64,000 bases of DNA from Oligoflexales bacterium (GTDB lineage: Bacteria; Bdellovibrionota_B; Oligoflexia; Oligoflexales; Bog-1112). Positions 28,841 to 38,172 of this stretch are shown here, in pieces; positions within the stretch are counted from its first letter, which is position 1, and the number at the start of each line of letters is the position of its first letter. The notes under the pieces are model-generated. The model saw only the letters and a list, made by a program, of their open reading frames with translations, had not been told where the DNA came from and made no database searches. The position numbers and the translations under genes are program-made. The DNA is taken from NCBI GenBank assembly GCA_045106415.1, contig JBGCEP010000043.1, forward strand, positions 9,630 to 73,629, read 5' to 3'.

Positions 28841-29572
28841 ATGAAGATAATGAACAAACTCCCTTACTTTTCTATTCTTGTTCTCTCTATTGCTTGCGGA
28901 CAAAACATCGATCAAACGAATGAAACAGACGAATCTCAATGGAGCGATATGTACGCCGAGTTAGAGCTAAGTAGTGAAGCAGAAGACAATGTTCTTCCAG
29001 CAGAGGTCGATATTGCTGTCAATGGCGTTAAAGACGAAGCTTCCGAACGAGTTCGTTTTGAAAGCGAAAATCTTGATATTCTCAAACTTATCCGTCAAGA
29101 CTTAAGAGAACAAAGGTTTGATATATGTGGGATTGATGGATCTATATCATCTGCTATGCGAGAAGAGTTAAACACACTAAGAGATGATGAAAGCCTTACC
29201 AAGGAAGAAAGAAAAACAGCTGCTCGAAGCATTCTTGACGTAAATAAAGACGACCTTCAAGCACAAAGAGAAGCTTTCAAAGTATGCCGCGAAGAACAAC
29301 CTGAGGCGTTAGATACTCTCCGATCGATCAAAGAAAGCTTCTCTGAAGTCTGTTTTGCAGGAAAAAACTTTGGGAAGAAAGAAAAAGTTAGAAAAAAAGG
29401 TAAAAAAGGCATGCACGGTGTCAAATCAAAATTAATGAAAAAAGGTAAAAAATCTAAAATAGACAGATCTCACGACCATCAAAATACAAAAGCCGCGTTG
29501 CATACAGCAATTGATAGTTCTGAGTGTACACAAGCTATCGCAGATCATCAGGCAGATACTACTATCCAATAA
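28841..29572 (+). CDS. helical lipoprotein with a Lys-rich insert
   Basis: Lipobox SIAC; four further Cys; GKKEKVRKKGKKG...KKGKKSK tract; AGGA RBS. Confidence 0.75.
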   Translation: MKIMNKLPYFSILVLSIACGQNIDQTNETDESQWSDMYAELELSSEAEDNVLPAEVDIAVNGVKDEASERVRFESENLDILKLIRQDLREQRFDICGIDGSISSAMREELNTLRDDESLTKEERKTAARSILDVNKDDLQAQREAFKVCREEQPEALDTLRSIKESFSEVCFAGKNFGKKEKVRKKGKKGMHGVKSKLMKKGKKSKIDRSHDHQNTKAALHTAIDSSECTQAIADHQADTTIQ

Positions 29573-29606
29573 TTCCAGGACCAGTCTTATCACTAGATGT
29601 TTTCAG

Positions 29607-29638
29607 GTAGTTCTTTGAAAAAAGAACTACTTTTATTT
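29607..29638 (+). terminator. rho-independent terminator
   Basis: GTAGTTCTTT-GAAA-AAAGAACTAC followed by TTTTATTT. Confidence 0.75.
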
Positions 29639-30029
29639 CATTAGACATTAATCAAAAACTGCCTCCATCTTAATCTTTATTTACTCGTTTTTTTTAATTT
29701 ACATATGTAAAACCTGGCATCATTTCTTCCCAAAATTATCCAATAAAAAACACAATATGAAATTGTAATATGTTCATAAATCATAAAGTGACCGAAAAAA
29801 TCGAACTAAAAATGTAACCTCTTATCTCTCACAGCATAATTTATAGATAAAAAATATTTAATAACTTTCATTGCGAGAGCTGCACTGCGTAAAAAGAATT
29901 AAAGAGAGAAGAGTATTATCTGACTTATACAACTGCAAAGTCTACAAAATTTAATAAAAAAAGTTAATCCTTGCTCTTATGTACATAGAGCATCTTTGAG
30001 CCTCCTCAACTTTTCGGACACTTTTTCAA

Positions 30030-30515
30030 CGTAGTTTCCGATACGGAAAAATAGTCCCAAGAAGAGGGTCACTTATGGCATCAATCCCGTTGGTCTATTT
30101 CATTAAGTTGAACTCCACATTCATCTATATACAAGATATTTTCGTCTTTCTTCTATCAATCTTCTCTTAAGATTATTTGCGTTTACTTTCGCAACAGTCT
30201 TTGCACCAGAAAGTTTTTTTTATTCGTAAAACCATTGCATTTTAAGTATTTGCGAATAGTTGATAACAAAAGACCCTCAATCTTCAGCTAATTATGTAGA
30301 ACTTCTATATGGTTTTTCTTCTACAAATTTTTGAATCTCTTCCAGATCTTAAATTTTTCAGGCTTCATTGTGTCTGTTTCTTTCTTCTTCTTTTGCTTAT
30401 TAAAGCTTTTTTTCCAGGATATTTTGAGTGTCTGACTCATGAAAGTAGCTGTGTATCTAAATTTTAAAGAATGAATAACCTCCTCTTTCAAATCAATAAA
30501 GTAGATCTTCGTCAT
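30030..30515 (-). pseudogene. degraded IS630-family transposase
   Basis: Fragments MTKIYFIDLKEEVI..., DLEEIQKFVEEKP..., LSTIRKYLKCNGFTNKK followed by an A8 tract, then ENILYIDECGV (first DDE Asp); multiple stops and frameshifts; C-terminal half missing. Confidence 0.8.
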
Positions 30516-30965
30516 ATATACTCCCCAATGATATTTAGATTAAAATGCTGAATTTAATTTGAAACATCACTATTTAGAATAGTTGAGTAAATAGGTCAAA
30601 GGAAAGTGATGCTATATCTATATAAAAAACTGAGACAACCTGTTAAAACAACAAAATTTGTCATCGGAAAAATAAAGAAACAAGCCAATAAAAAATAGAT
30701 TTGCAGAGTGTTAAAAGGTTTCTGGCTCTGCAGTGTATTGTTGATCATTAGAAGGACACAAGAGACGTTATCTGAAAGCCGAAGATAAAACCCTTCTCCA
30801 AGGCGTAAATAGATAACTAAACTCAGAGCTAGATCATAAGACATAAATAACAAGCTAACCTCAAGCCTTTAAAGGCACAGTATTTTTCACACTAAATTTC
30901 CACACGAAATTCCCTTGGATTAAACCACTGATATTATTGACATCTCAACAGAACATCAACAAAAC

Positions 30966-30994
30966 CTCATGCCTTCCATAAAATCATCCGATAG
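30966..30994 (+). promoter_or_regulatory. sigma28-like promoter
   Basis: CTCATG-N15-TCCGATAG, about 40 nt upstream of the ATG at 31036. Confidence 0.5.
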
Positions 30995-31035
30995 GCGTCG
31001 TGTCTCAATGACAATCACTACACTATGGACAGATC

Positions 31036-33153
31036 ATGCTTTTTCAACACTTTAAAATTTTAGCCCTTCTTTTTGCTTCATTGTTTATCATTCAATGCCG
31101 CAAAAAATCCCAGAGTGAAAGTGCAATTGTATATAACATGAATGCTGACGCTATAAGCCAGGGTCGGATTTTTTATGTTGATCACCCCGGTGCTTTGCTC
31201 ACAACAGAAGAAGGAATCACACAGTTTTCTCAAGGAACAACTGATGATTCTTGGCTTAAAGATGACCTTGTATGGATTGTTTTAAATAAAGAAAAATATC
31301 CAGACCTCGCAGCAGAAAGCAATCTCGACGGAGACATCAGTGTCGCCGTACGCTATAGTGACCTAAAATTCATTGACACTCCTTTAGCTCTTGCTGCTCC
31401 GCGATCCGATGGACTTCCTCGATCTGGAAGCGAAGGAGTCATTCGACAAGATTCAACACCAGATCTAAGAAGAACTCAGAGTGATCCCTCCATCCGACAA
31501 GATAATATTTCTTACGAAACCACTCGCAACGACTCTCTGGGAAGTTCAAATAAAGATCTTCTTTCTCAAGACAACTCTATCCGTAATATTTCTTCTGCTG
31601 AATCCTCTCGATCCGTTCTTCAACCCAGTATTCAAGTCAGTTTTCTTGATAAAGCCTCTGGATTTTTTAAATCTATTCGCAGCTCTATCCGTGCTTTCTT
31701 TTCTAACATTGGAGCTACTTTTCAAAATTTTCTTACTCGATTTTCATCTAGAAATAACGCGTCAGCAAATATTAACGACATAAGTGATGCCACAGCAAAC
31801 GTTGCTCGGCTACAAACGACCAACCAAGGAACTTTAGTTCTTTCAAGACCCTTAAGAGACGACACAAGAACCTCAAATAATGCCATTACCATTAGGGGAC
31901 AAGGAAACTCAGAAGGGTCAACCCCTCTTAACTCATTCTTTTTAAATCCACTTCAACGCCAAGCTATTGCCGCAGCAAGAGTTGCATATAATTCTGACCT
32001 CACAGTCAAACGAGCAGATGTTGAAGCTTTTTGGAATATTGTGGCTCTCCCAAAAGGATCATCCTTACGGCTTGAAGATGCTTTACCGGGATTGTTTAAT
32101 CGTACCGATGAAGTAAAAGCTCGAATCGCCCTACCTATCATTATTGAAGCAGCCACACGCATACAACAAGGATTGCCTCCTACCGCAGATACAACGACAA
32201 CATCACGACAACTTACTGAACAAAAACCAACAAAAAGTCTCACCTACGCTCCACTTGCTTCACGACTTCAAGAGGTCATAAGTGCAGCACCACGTGCGAT
32301 TACAGTCGAAGGTTTGAATGTTCGTTCGGGTGATGCAGAAAGCACAGCTCGATTAGTTGAAGTCATTAGACCCCAAGGAGAAAATTCCACTCCTGCGACA
32401 GATTTAGCTCGAACATTTGAAAACACTTCCTCCCGGGAGAACCAAAGTGAATCTTTAAGCCCTCGAGACTCAGAAGCCCTTGAAATCAGGGTTTTTGAAG
32501 ATATTAAGCAAGGTAGAAAATGGCCTATTAAAGCACTCGCAAGCGTTGCAGCATTAAGTGCAGCAACACTTGCTATCGTTTATGCAAGCCTACCTAGCGA
32601 TGAAGATGACCAGACAACAGATATTTCATTTATTGAAGACCCCATTAATAACATCACCGAAGAAGAACCTCCCACTGGAGATAAGGCAGACAGTGATGAC
32701 AACAATGATAAAAATAAAGACGATGAATCAACAGGTGAAACTGGGAGCTCAGTCATTGTTGAAGATGAAGTCAAAGGCAACGAAGAGGAAGCAACACCTG
32801 AAGAAGAAGATGATGATGAAGTGGCTGAAATCGATAGTGAAGAAAGCATCAACGACATCTCACTTCCATCTCGTGACACAGAAGAAAATGTTGCGGCGTC
32901 AAAAGCAAATGATAAAGTCATTCAGGTCGGTGAGGGAGTCAACTCAGTAACGACTGAAGATGCAGTCGGCCGCACTATACTTATTGATGCAAACGGTATT
33001 CTAGGGTTTATTGCAATCCGCCCAGCTGGTGCCGAACAAGGAGCTGTGGACCTAAGCCGCGCCGTCCAACTCAAAGGCCGTATTCAAGCCCGAGATACAG
33101 GTTATAGCTTAGGGTGCTCAGTCGGCTGCTTGCGCCTTGTACCTCAAGAGTGA
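31036..33153 (+). CDS. large hypothetical lipoprotein with low-complexity, amphipathic, TM and acidic segments
   Basis: Lipobox-like IIQC; Ser/Arg-rich region; hydrophobic ALASVAALSAATLAIVYASL; D/E-rich tail. Confidence 0.75.
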   Translation: MLFQHFKILALLFASLFIIQCRKKSQSESAIVYNMNADAISQGRIFYVDHPGALLTTEEGITQFSQGTTDDSWLKDDLVWIVLNKEKYPDLAAESNLDGDISVAVRYSDLKFIDTPLALAAPRSDGLPRSGSEGVIRQDSTPDLRRTQSDPSIRQDNISYETTRNDSLGSSNKDLLSQDNSIRNISSAESSRSVLQPSIQVSFLDKASGFFKSIRSSIRAFFSNIGATFQNFLTRFSSRNNASANINDISDATANVARLQTTNQGTLVLSRPLRDDTRTSNNAITIRGQGNSEGSTPLNSFFLNPLQRQAIAAARVAYNSDLTVKRADVEAFWNIVALPKGSSLRLEDALPGLFNRTDEVKARIALPIIIEAATRIQQGLPPTADTTTTSRQLTEQKPTKSLTYAPLASRLQEVISAAPRAITVEGLNVRSGDAESTARLVEVIRPQGENSTPATDLARTFENTSSRENQSESLSPRDSEALEIRVFEDIKQGRKWPIKALASVAALSAATLAIVYASLPSDEDDQTTDISFIEDPINNITEEEPPTGDKADSDDNNDKNKDDESTGETGSSVIVEDEVKGNEEEATPEEEDDDEVAEIDSEESINDISLPSRDTEENVAASKANDKVIQVGEGVNSVTTEDAVGRTILIDANGILGFIAIRPAGAEQGAVDLSRAVQLKGRIQARDTGYSLGCSVGCLRLVPQE

Positions 33154-34064
33154 TCTCTTACGATCCAGCGAGAAATTTTTTGCACTAGCGGTTGATAAAA
33201 CTTTTCATCCTCAGCTAACAGCTCATGATAAGCACCTTCAATTTCACAATGCTCTAGATGAATATGTTTAGATTTAGCTTTTTCTGCCCAACGGCGGCCC
33301 ATTTGTGGATCCACAATTTTTTCACTTCCTGCTTGAGCCATAAAAACATCGACTGTTTTTAAAGCATCATACATTTTTTCTTGATGAACCTCTTTCAAAG
33401 CTTTCACAGCTGAAACAACCCAACCAAAAGTTGGCTCTCCAATACGCCCCTCAAAATCCATCATCCTTTGGTAGCGCTTTAAACTGTGCGTCAAAGTATT
33501 TCTATCAAAATCAGGCATCTTCGTAGATGTACTTAAACTCCATTTCCCTAAACCAAGACGCATAAAAAAAGTACATAAAAAGGCAGCAACAATCGGCGGC
33601 CAAGGCTTCAAAGGAAGACCCAAGAAAGGCGCTGATAAAAAGAGCTTTTGCGGCTTCAATCTTCCGTGCAAAATGCTATGGAGAGCAATCAGCCCTCCCA
33701 TAGAATGGGCGACAATAACATAAGGCCTATCCCCTAAAAAATTTTGAATCAAAGCCTCAGCATCTTTTCCATAATCATGGAAATCAGAAACCCAGGCACG
33801 ATCGCCTCCTGACAAACCTTGCCCTCTATGGTCCCAGCTCAAAAAACCTGCATCTTCAGGCAATGACAAGTCTTGAAATAGATCGAGATATTTTTCATAA
33901 AACTCTCCTCTACCATTCAACACAACCACACACAAAGAAGCTTCTTCTTGTGGGGCTGCATAACAATATCGTATTGAAGTTTGATCAACTGGAGATGAAA
34001 AAAAACCATAATCCAGCCGCTTCTTAAAGAGGTCATCTCTTTTTTGAGAAAGATCTTGGGCCAT
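33144..34064 (-). CDS. alpha/beta hydrolase, lysophospholipase L2 (PldB)-like
   Basis: GRGEFYEKY, WDHRGQGLSG, AHSMGG nucleophile elbow, GAYHELLAE; start set at ATG 34064. Confidence 0.85.
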   Translation of the reverse strand: MAQDLSQKRDDLFKKRLDYGFFSSPVDQTSIRYCYAAPQEEASLCVVVLNGRGEFYEKYLDLFQDLSLPEDAGFLSWDHRGQGLSGGDRAWVSDFHDYGKDAEALIQNFLGDRPYVIVAHSMGGLIALHSILHGRLKPQKLFLSAPFLGLPLKPWPPIVAAFLCTFFMRLGLGKWSLSTSTKMPDFDRNTLTHSLKRYQRMMDFEGRIGEPTFGWVVSAVKALKEVHQEKMYDALKTVDVFMAQAGSEKIVDPQMGRRWAEKAKSKHIHLEHCEIEGAYHELLAEDEKFYQPLVQKISRWIVRDHS

Positions 34065-34068
34065 ATGT

Positions 34069-34506
34069 TTAGACTCTGTACCGTAAGCCAAACCAGGCAT
34101 ACTGAACTCCTTTTGCAATCCACATTTCCATATTTTCACCCATATAAAAATGCCCCCCTATCATTGCCTCTTGTCGCCATTCAAAATGAGATGGCGTCAC
34201 AATTCCTTTAACTCGCCCAAGAACCCAAGGCCAAAAAGGTGTCATATTAGGAAATTGAACCCGAACCCCAGACATGACAGTCCCTCGCTGAGACCCTTCA
34301 AAGCCAAGACCCACTTCCACAGAAATCACCTCTCGCACCCATGCACGCTTCACTAGGGATACTTCAACCATGGGTCCAACCTCAAGAGCCACAACCATAT
34401 CATGGTTTTTTGGCATTTCCGCCCAAATCGGTCTCAGAGTTTTTGCAGCAAACAGAGAATGCGTTGAGACCAACGTAAAAAAACAAACAATACGTAACAA
34501 CATCAA
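34069..34506 (-). CDS. hypothetical secreted / small beta-barrel-like protein
   Basis: Signal peptide (SLFA); alternating beta pattern ending WFGLRYRV. Confidence 0.6.
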   Translation of the reverse strand: MMLLRIVCFFTLVSTHSLFAAKTLRPIWAEMPKNHDMVVALEVGPMVEVSLVKRAWVREVISVEVGLGFEGSQRGTVMSGVRVQFPNMTPFWPWVLGRVKGIVTPSHFEWRQEAMIGGHFYMGENMEMWIAKGVQYAWFGLRYRV

Positions 34507-35435
34507 AAATCATCTCCTAACATCACCAACACCGCAAAGTCAGAAACTTGCTTCAATGCCATTTTTTTTGCCCGGGGAGCCAAAAGGAGCTTACGGTGAC
34601 GAGGAGAGCTCCACATTTGCTGCATCAATGCATTTAAATCGCCCCCAGACACTCTATTTTCACCTAGAATCCTATAGCGCGACACCTTTTTAAGCTCAGC
34701 ATCTAAAGCTAAAAGAGCTTGATGATCATGATACAACCTCCCAGGGTGAAACAACGAATCCATCCATTCCGCAGTCTCTAGAGAGACAGGAGAAACACCT
34801 TGTTGACGACGCAAACTATTCACCCAGCGCAACCACACGCTTCGGCTAGAGCCTTGCTTATCAAAGTTTGAAAAATCAATATTCTGTTTGTTTTTCTCAA
34901 TAAGATACCAAAGAACTGGGCCTTGATTTTCAAATGTCTTCTTCCAGCAATACACCCCAGTAACACCTTCCTCAAAAGGGGGGCCATGCCGCACAGCCTT
35001 TCTCACTTCGCCGTTCATAAGGGCAACATCCCAAGACAATCGAGAGCACCAACGTACAAGATCAACTTTCTTTAAAGAAGCAGGTGCTGGGGTTGTTACA
35101 ACCCAAACAGATTGGTTTGGACAAACTCCCCACGCTACACCTTCGTGATTTCGTTTTTTCGCATATGAAAAAGCTAGATCTTTACCATTCACAACAGGTC
35201 GATGAAGACTTGCCATAACTCCAGCATCAAATATTTGTTGCTCTTGTAGCCAAGCACCAAGAAACTGTGGCTGCTGACATATTCCTTGTTCAAGTACAAC
35301 CTTTAAATCATGGCGTATATTAATTCCAAACGCTGAAAATCCATACAAGAACAAGAAAAAAATCGCGTTAAGATCCCATAGTTTTATCGAGATATTTAAA
35401 GATTGTTTGCAACTGAAGGTTTGTTGTACCTTCAT
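34503..35435 (-). CDS. CAP/SCP-domain secreted protein
   Basis: WVNSLRRQQGVSPV, YHDH, LGEN, MWSSPRHRKLLL; start uncertain (ORF open to 35567). Confidence 0.75.
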   Translation of the reverse strand: MKVQQTFSCKQSLNISIKLWDLNAIFFLFLYGFSAFGINIRHDLKVVLEQGICQQPQFLGAWLQEQQIFDAGVMASLHRPVVNGKDLAFSYAKKRNHEGVAWGVCPNQSVWVVTTPAPASLKKVDLVRWCSRLSWDVALMNGEVRKAVRHGPPFEEGVTGVYCWKKTFENQGPVLWYLIEKNKQNIDFSNFDKQGSSRSVWLRWVNSLRRQQGVSPVSLETAEWMDSLFHPGRLYHDHQALLALDAELKKVSRYRILGENRVSGGDLNALMQQMWSSPRHRKLLLAPRAKKMALKQVSDFAVLVMLGDDF

Positions 35436-36525
35436 AAAGCTTTCCAATTTTGACATCTCGATAAAATTTTTCAGCTGGAAATTCTTTAATAAATCCGTAA
35501 CCACCATAGATCTCCAACGAAAGAGAGGCGACTTGCTCGGCGATTTCTGAGGCTTTGTGCTTTGCAATTGCTGCCTCTAGCTGAAAAGGTTTTCCCGCAT
35601 CCTTCAAACGCGCAGCGTGATAAACAAGAAGCTGTGCTGACAGTACATCACTCGCCATTGAGGCTAGCTGAAATTGTAACCCCTGAAAATGCGTCAAAGC
35701 TTTTCCAAATTGAGAACGTTGCTTTGCGTAAGCCCAAGCTCCATTTAAAGCTCCATGTGCAAGCCCTAACATTTGGGAGGCAATTCCGATTCGACCTTCA
35801 TTCAAAGTCTCTATCGCAATTTTATAACCTTGGCCAATCGGTCCCATCACTCGGTTTGCAGGAACTCTTACTTGATCAAATAAAACTTCACAAGTTGACG
35901 AAGCGCGAATACCTAGTTTCTCTTCTTTTTTTCCAAGAGACAAACCTTCTTGACCTTTATCCACAATAAATGCTGTAATTCCTTTATAGCCTGCATCAGG
36001 ATTTACGTTAGCAAATACCAAAAAAATCTCTGCTTCTTTTGCATTCGTTATAAAAACTTTTTTTCCACTCACAATATAATCATCACCATCTTTAATCGCT
36101 CTGCTTGCCATGGCAAATGCATCAGATCCTGAGTCAGCTTCAGTGAGACAAAAGCATCCCACTTTTGAGCTACATAATTGAGGGAGGTATGTTTTTTTCT
36201 GCTCTTCTGTTCCCCAATTTTTAAAAATATTATTTACTAAAGTGTTTTGAACATCTGCTACAACAGAGATTGCAGGGTCTACTTTTGCAATTTCAATAAT
36301 TGCCAAACAAGCCATGAAAAAGCTACCACCTGCTCCTCCAAACTCTTCAGGAACATCAATTCCCATCAACCCCATATCAAAGAGACTTTTTAATACATCT
36401 GAGTGCATCTCTTCTTTATGGTCCATCTCCATGACGTGAGGTGTGATCGTTTCTCTAGCAAATCTTTCGATTTCACTTCGGAATAACTCTTCATCTTCAT
36501 TGCATGTTGTACTTGTCATATACAT
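35368..36525 (-). CDS. acyl-CoA dehydrogenase (short/branched-chain type)
   Basis: FCLTEADSGSDA, GKKVFITN, KLGIRASST, LNEGRIGIA, R.QFG, GGYGF, LYEGT. Confidence 0.95.
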   Translation of the reverse strand: MYMTSTTCNEDEELFRSEIERFARETITPHVMEMDHKEEMHSDVLKSLFDMGLMGIDVPEEFGGAGGSFFMACLAIIEIAKVDPAISVVADVQNTLVNNIFKNWGTEEQKKTYLPQLCSSKVGCFCLTEADSGSDAFAMASRAIKDGDDYIVSGKKVFITNAKEAEIFLVFANVNPDAGYKGITAFIVDKGQEGLSLGKKEEKLGIRASSTCEVLFDQVRVPANRVMGPIGQGYKIAIETLNEGRIGIASQMLGLAHGALNGAWAYAKQRSQFGKALTHFQGLQFQLASMASDVLSAQLLVYHAARLKDAGKPFQLEAAIAKHKASEIAEQVASLSLEIYGGYGFIKEFPAEKFYRDVKIGKLYEGTTNLQLQTIFKYLDKTMGS

Positions 36526-36552
36526 CTCCGGGTCTATCGTTTGAAAATTCTA

Positions 36553-37326
36553 TCACCCAAGAGCTTTAGACTCAAAAACATCGAACTGTTTCGCTACACC
36601 CAGGCTATCAAACATCAAAACTTCATTTTGCGTCTCTGAAACCCTATTCTTCATTGGCCCGACTGTACAGCTCATTTTTGACATTTGAGTTGCCCACTGT
36701 CTTTGTTCAAATCCTAAGTCAGGAACAGATCTCATAAGAATGTATTGAAAAGCAACAACCATTGGATTATGCAGCGCACTAGAAACATCTTGGCCGAGAG
36801 CCCCTTGCAGAGAGCCTGCAGCTTCACGCATAGTGGTTGCTACAACCAATACGCCATAACGCTCTTTTAAATCTTCTGACAACGCCATTAATTGACGCTT
36901 TCTTTCTTCTAAATAAGAGCGAGTCTTATGCTGACGACTACGATAACTTTCAAGCTTAGTCACAACTTCAGGGCTTGAAGCTTCTTCCTGAGGAGAGCTT
37001 CCTATCATTTGTTGGATCAGCTTAAACCACATGGAGAGCGTATACGTTTTTTGATGCATTTCAAAAAAATAAAGCACCTTGCGAACAAACTCACCGGACC
37101 ATTGAATTAAAGACAAATCATTCCGAGTGAGAAAAGAACGTCTCTTGCTAAATGCTTCTACAGCCTCTAGGTGTCCATCCATAGCTCTATGAACAAGCTG
37201 CGTTTGAGATTGAGCTTCACGAATTAAAGATGCTGTCTTTACACTCCGATGAGGATCAAAAGAGCTTAATTGACGCAGCTCTTTTTCAACTTCTTTAGCC
37301 TGTTTTTCCCATTCTCTAAACTTCAA
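36553..37326 (-). CDS. hypothetical coiled-coil protein
   Basis: 257-aa helical, charged ORF coupled to the upstream ORF. Confidence 0.65.
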   Translation of the reverse strand: MKFREWEKQAKEVEKELRQLSSFDPHRSVKTASLIREAQSQTQLVHRAMDGHLEAVEAFSKRRSFLTRNDLSLIQWSGEFVRKVLYFFEMHQKTYTLSMWFKLIQQMIGSSPQEEASSPEVVTKLESYRSRQHKTRSYLEERKRQLMALSEDLKERYGVLVVATTMREAAGSLQGALGQDVSSALHNPMVVAFQYILMRSVPDLGFEQRQWATQMSKMSCTVGPMKNRVSETQNEVLMFDSLGVAKQFDVFESKALG

Positions 37327-38075
37327 GCACCCTCCCTATCTCCAAGTTGAATATTTCTAGAAACAACAGGGAAATAAGTTTTTAAACGCTCTTCTTGAAT
37401 CATCAACCAGCGCTTCATCCAAGAAGTGTGATCAATTTCTGCTTGAAGCTCATACTCCATACGTTCAATATGATCATTTTGTTCACATAAATTTTGGTAA
37501 ATTCGCGACAAAATTTCCACAGGAGGACGATCCGACTCTCCTTTTTGAAGAACCTGAACAGCAATCTCTAACTGCTTATAATCATGTTCCGTTTCAATAG
37601 TTTTACTTTCTATATTCGCCAGCATTTTCCTGAGTTTAGACAAGCGGAATAACACCACCCAGTCAAAGCCTTCGCCTGCTAATGCTTTTCGTACCCACAC
37701 TGCTACTTGACCTGTTTTCTCAGCTAAAGACCTTGTGTGTACAGTTTGATTTTGGCTCCACTTCACACAAAAATTTTGTGCAGCAATGTCACACAAGTCA
37801 AGGTCAGGCACTTTTATACCTTCAGGCATTTGAGGTTTTGTAATCGATCGCATCGATTGCAACGTCGAAAGGAGAGCTTTCAAATGCCTTAAATTCTGAA
37901 TCGATGACTTCACATGACGACGACCTAAAGACCCTTCTCGAGCCATTTCTTGCAATTCCACTTCAAGAGAAAGAATACGGTGCCTATACTGACGTATCAC
38001 GTCAGCAGGAACAGATGTCCGGCGCTGAATCTTTAAACTCAAGGGTGTTCTCTCCCTTTTAACAAACCAGGACAA
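37323..38075 (-). CDS. hypothetical coiled-coil protein
   Basis: 250-aa helical ORF; 4-nt overlap with the next gene. Confidence 0.65.
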   Translation of the reverse strand: MSWFVKRERTPLSLKIQRRTSVPADVIRQYRHRILSLEVELQEMAREGSLGRRHVKSSIQNLRHLKALLSTLQSMRSITKPQMPEGIKVPDLDLCDIAAQNFCVKWSQNQTVHTRSLAEKTGQVAVWVRKALAGEGFDWVVLFRLSKLRKMLANIESKTIETEHDYKQLEIAVQVLQKGESDRPPVEILSRIYQNLCEQNDHIERMEYELQAEIDHTSWMKRWLMIQEERLKTYFPVVSRNIQLGDREGA

Positions 38076-38172
38076 CGGAAGGCATATACCGCTGCCTTGA
38101 ATCAGGGTATGATTCTCAATACATTGTCACACGGAGATTGATGACTGTCGAACGCACAAAAGGACCTACTCT

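Noticed and set aside
30596..30853. 85-aa ORF in the decay zone
   Set aside because: No RBS or motif; its hydrophobicity follows from T-rich DNA; likely spurious or a remnant.
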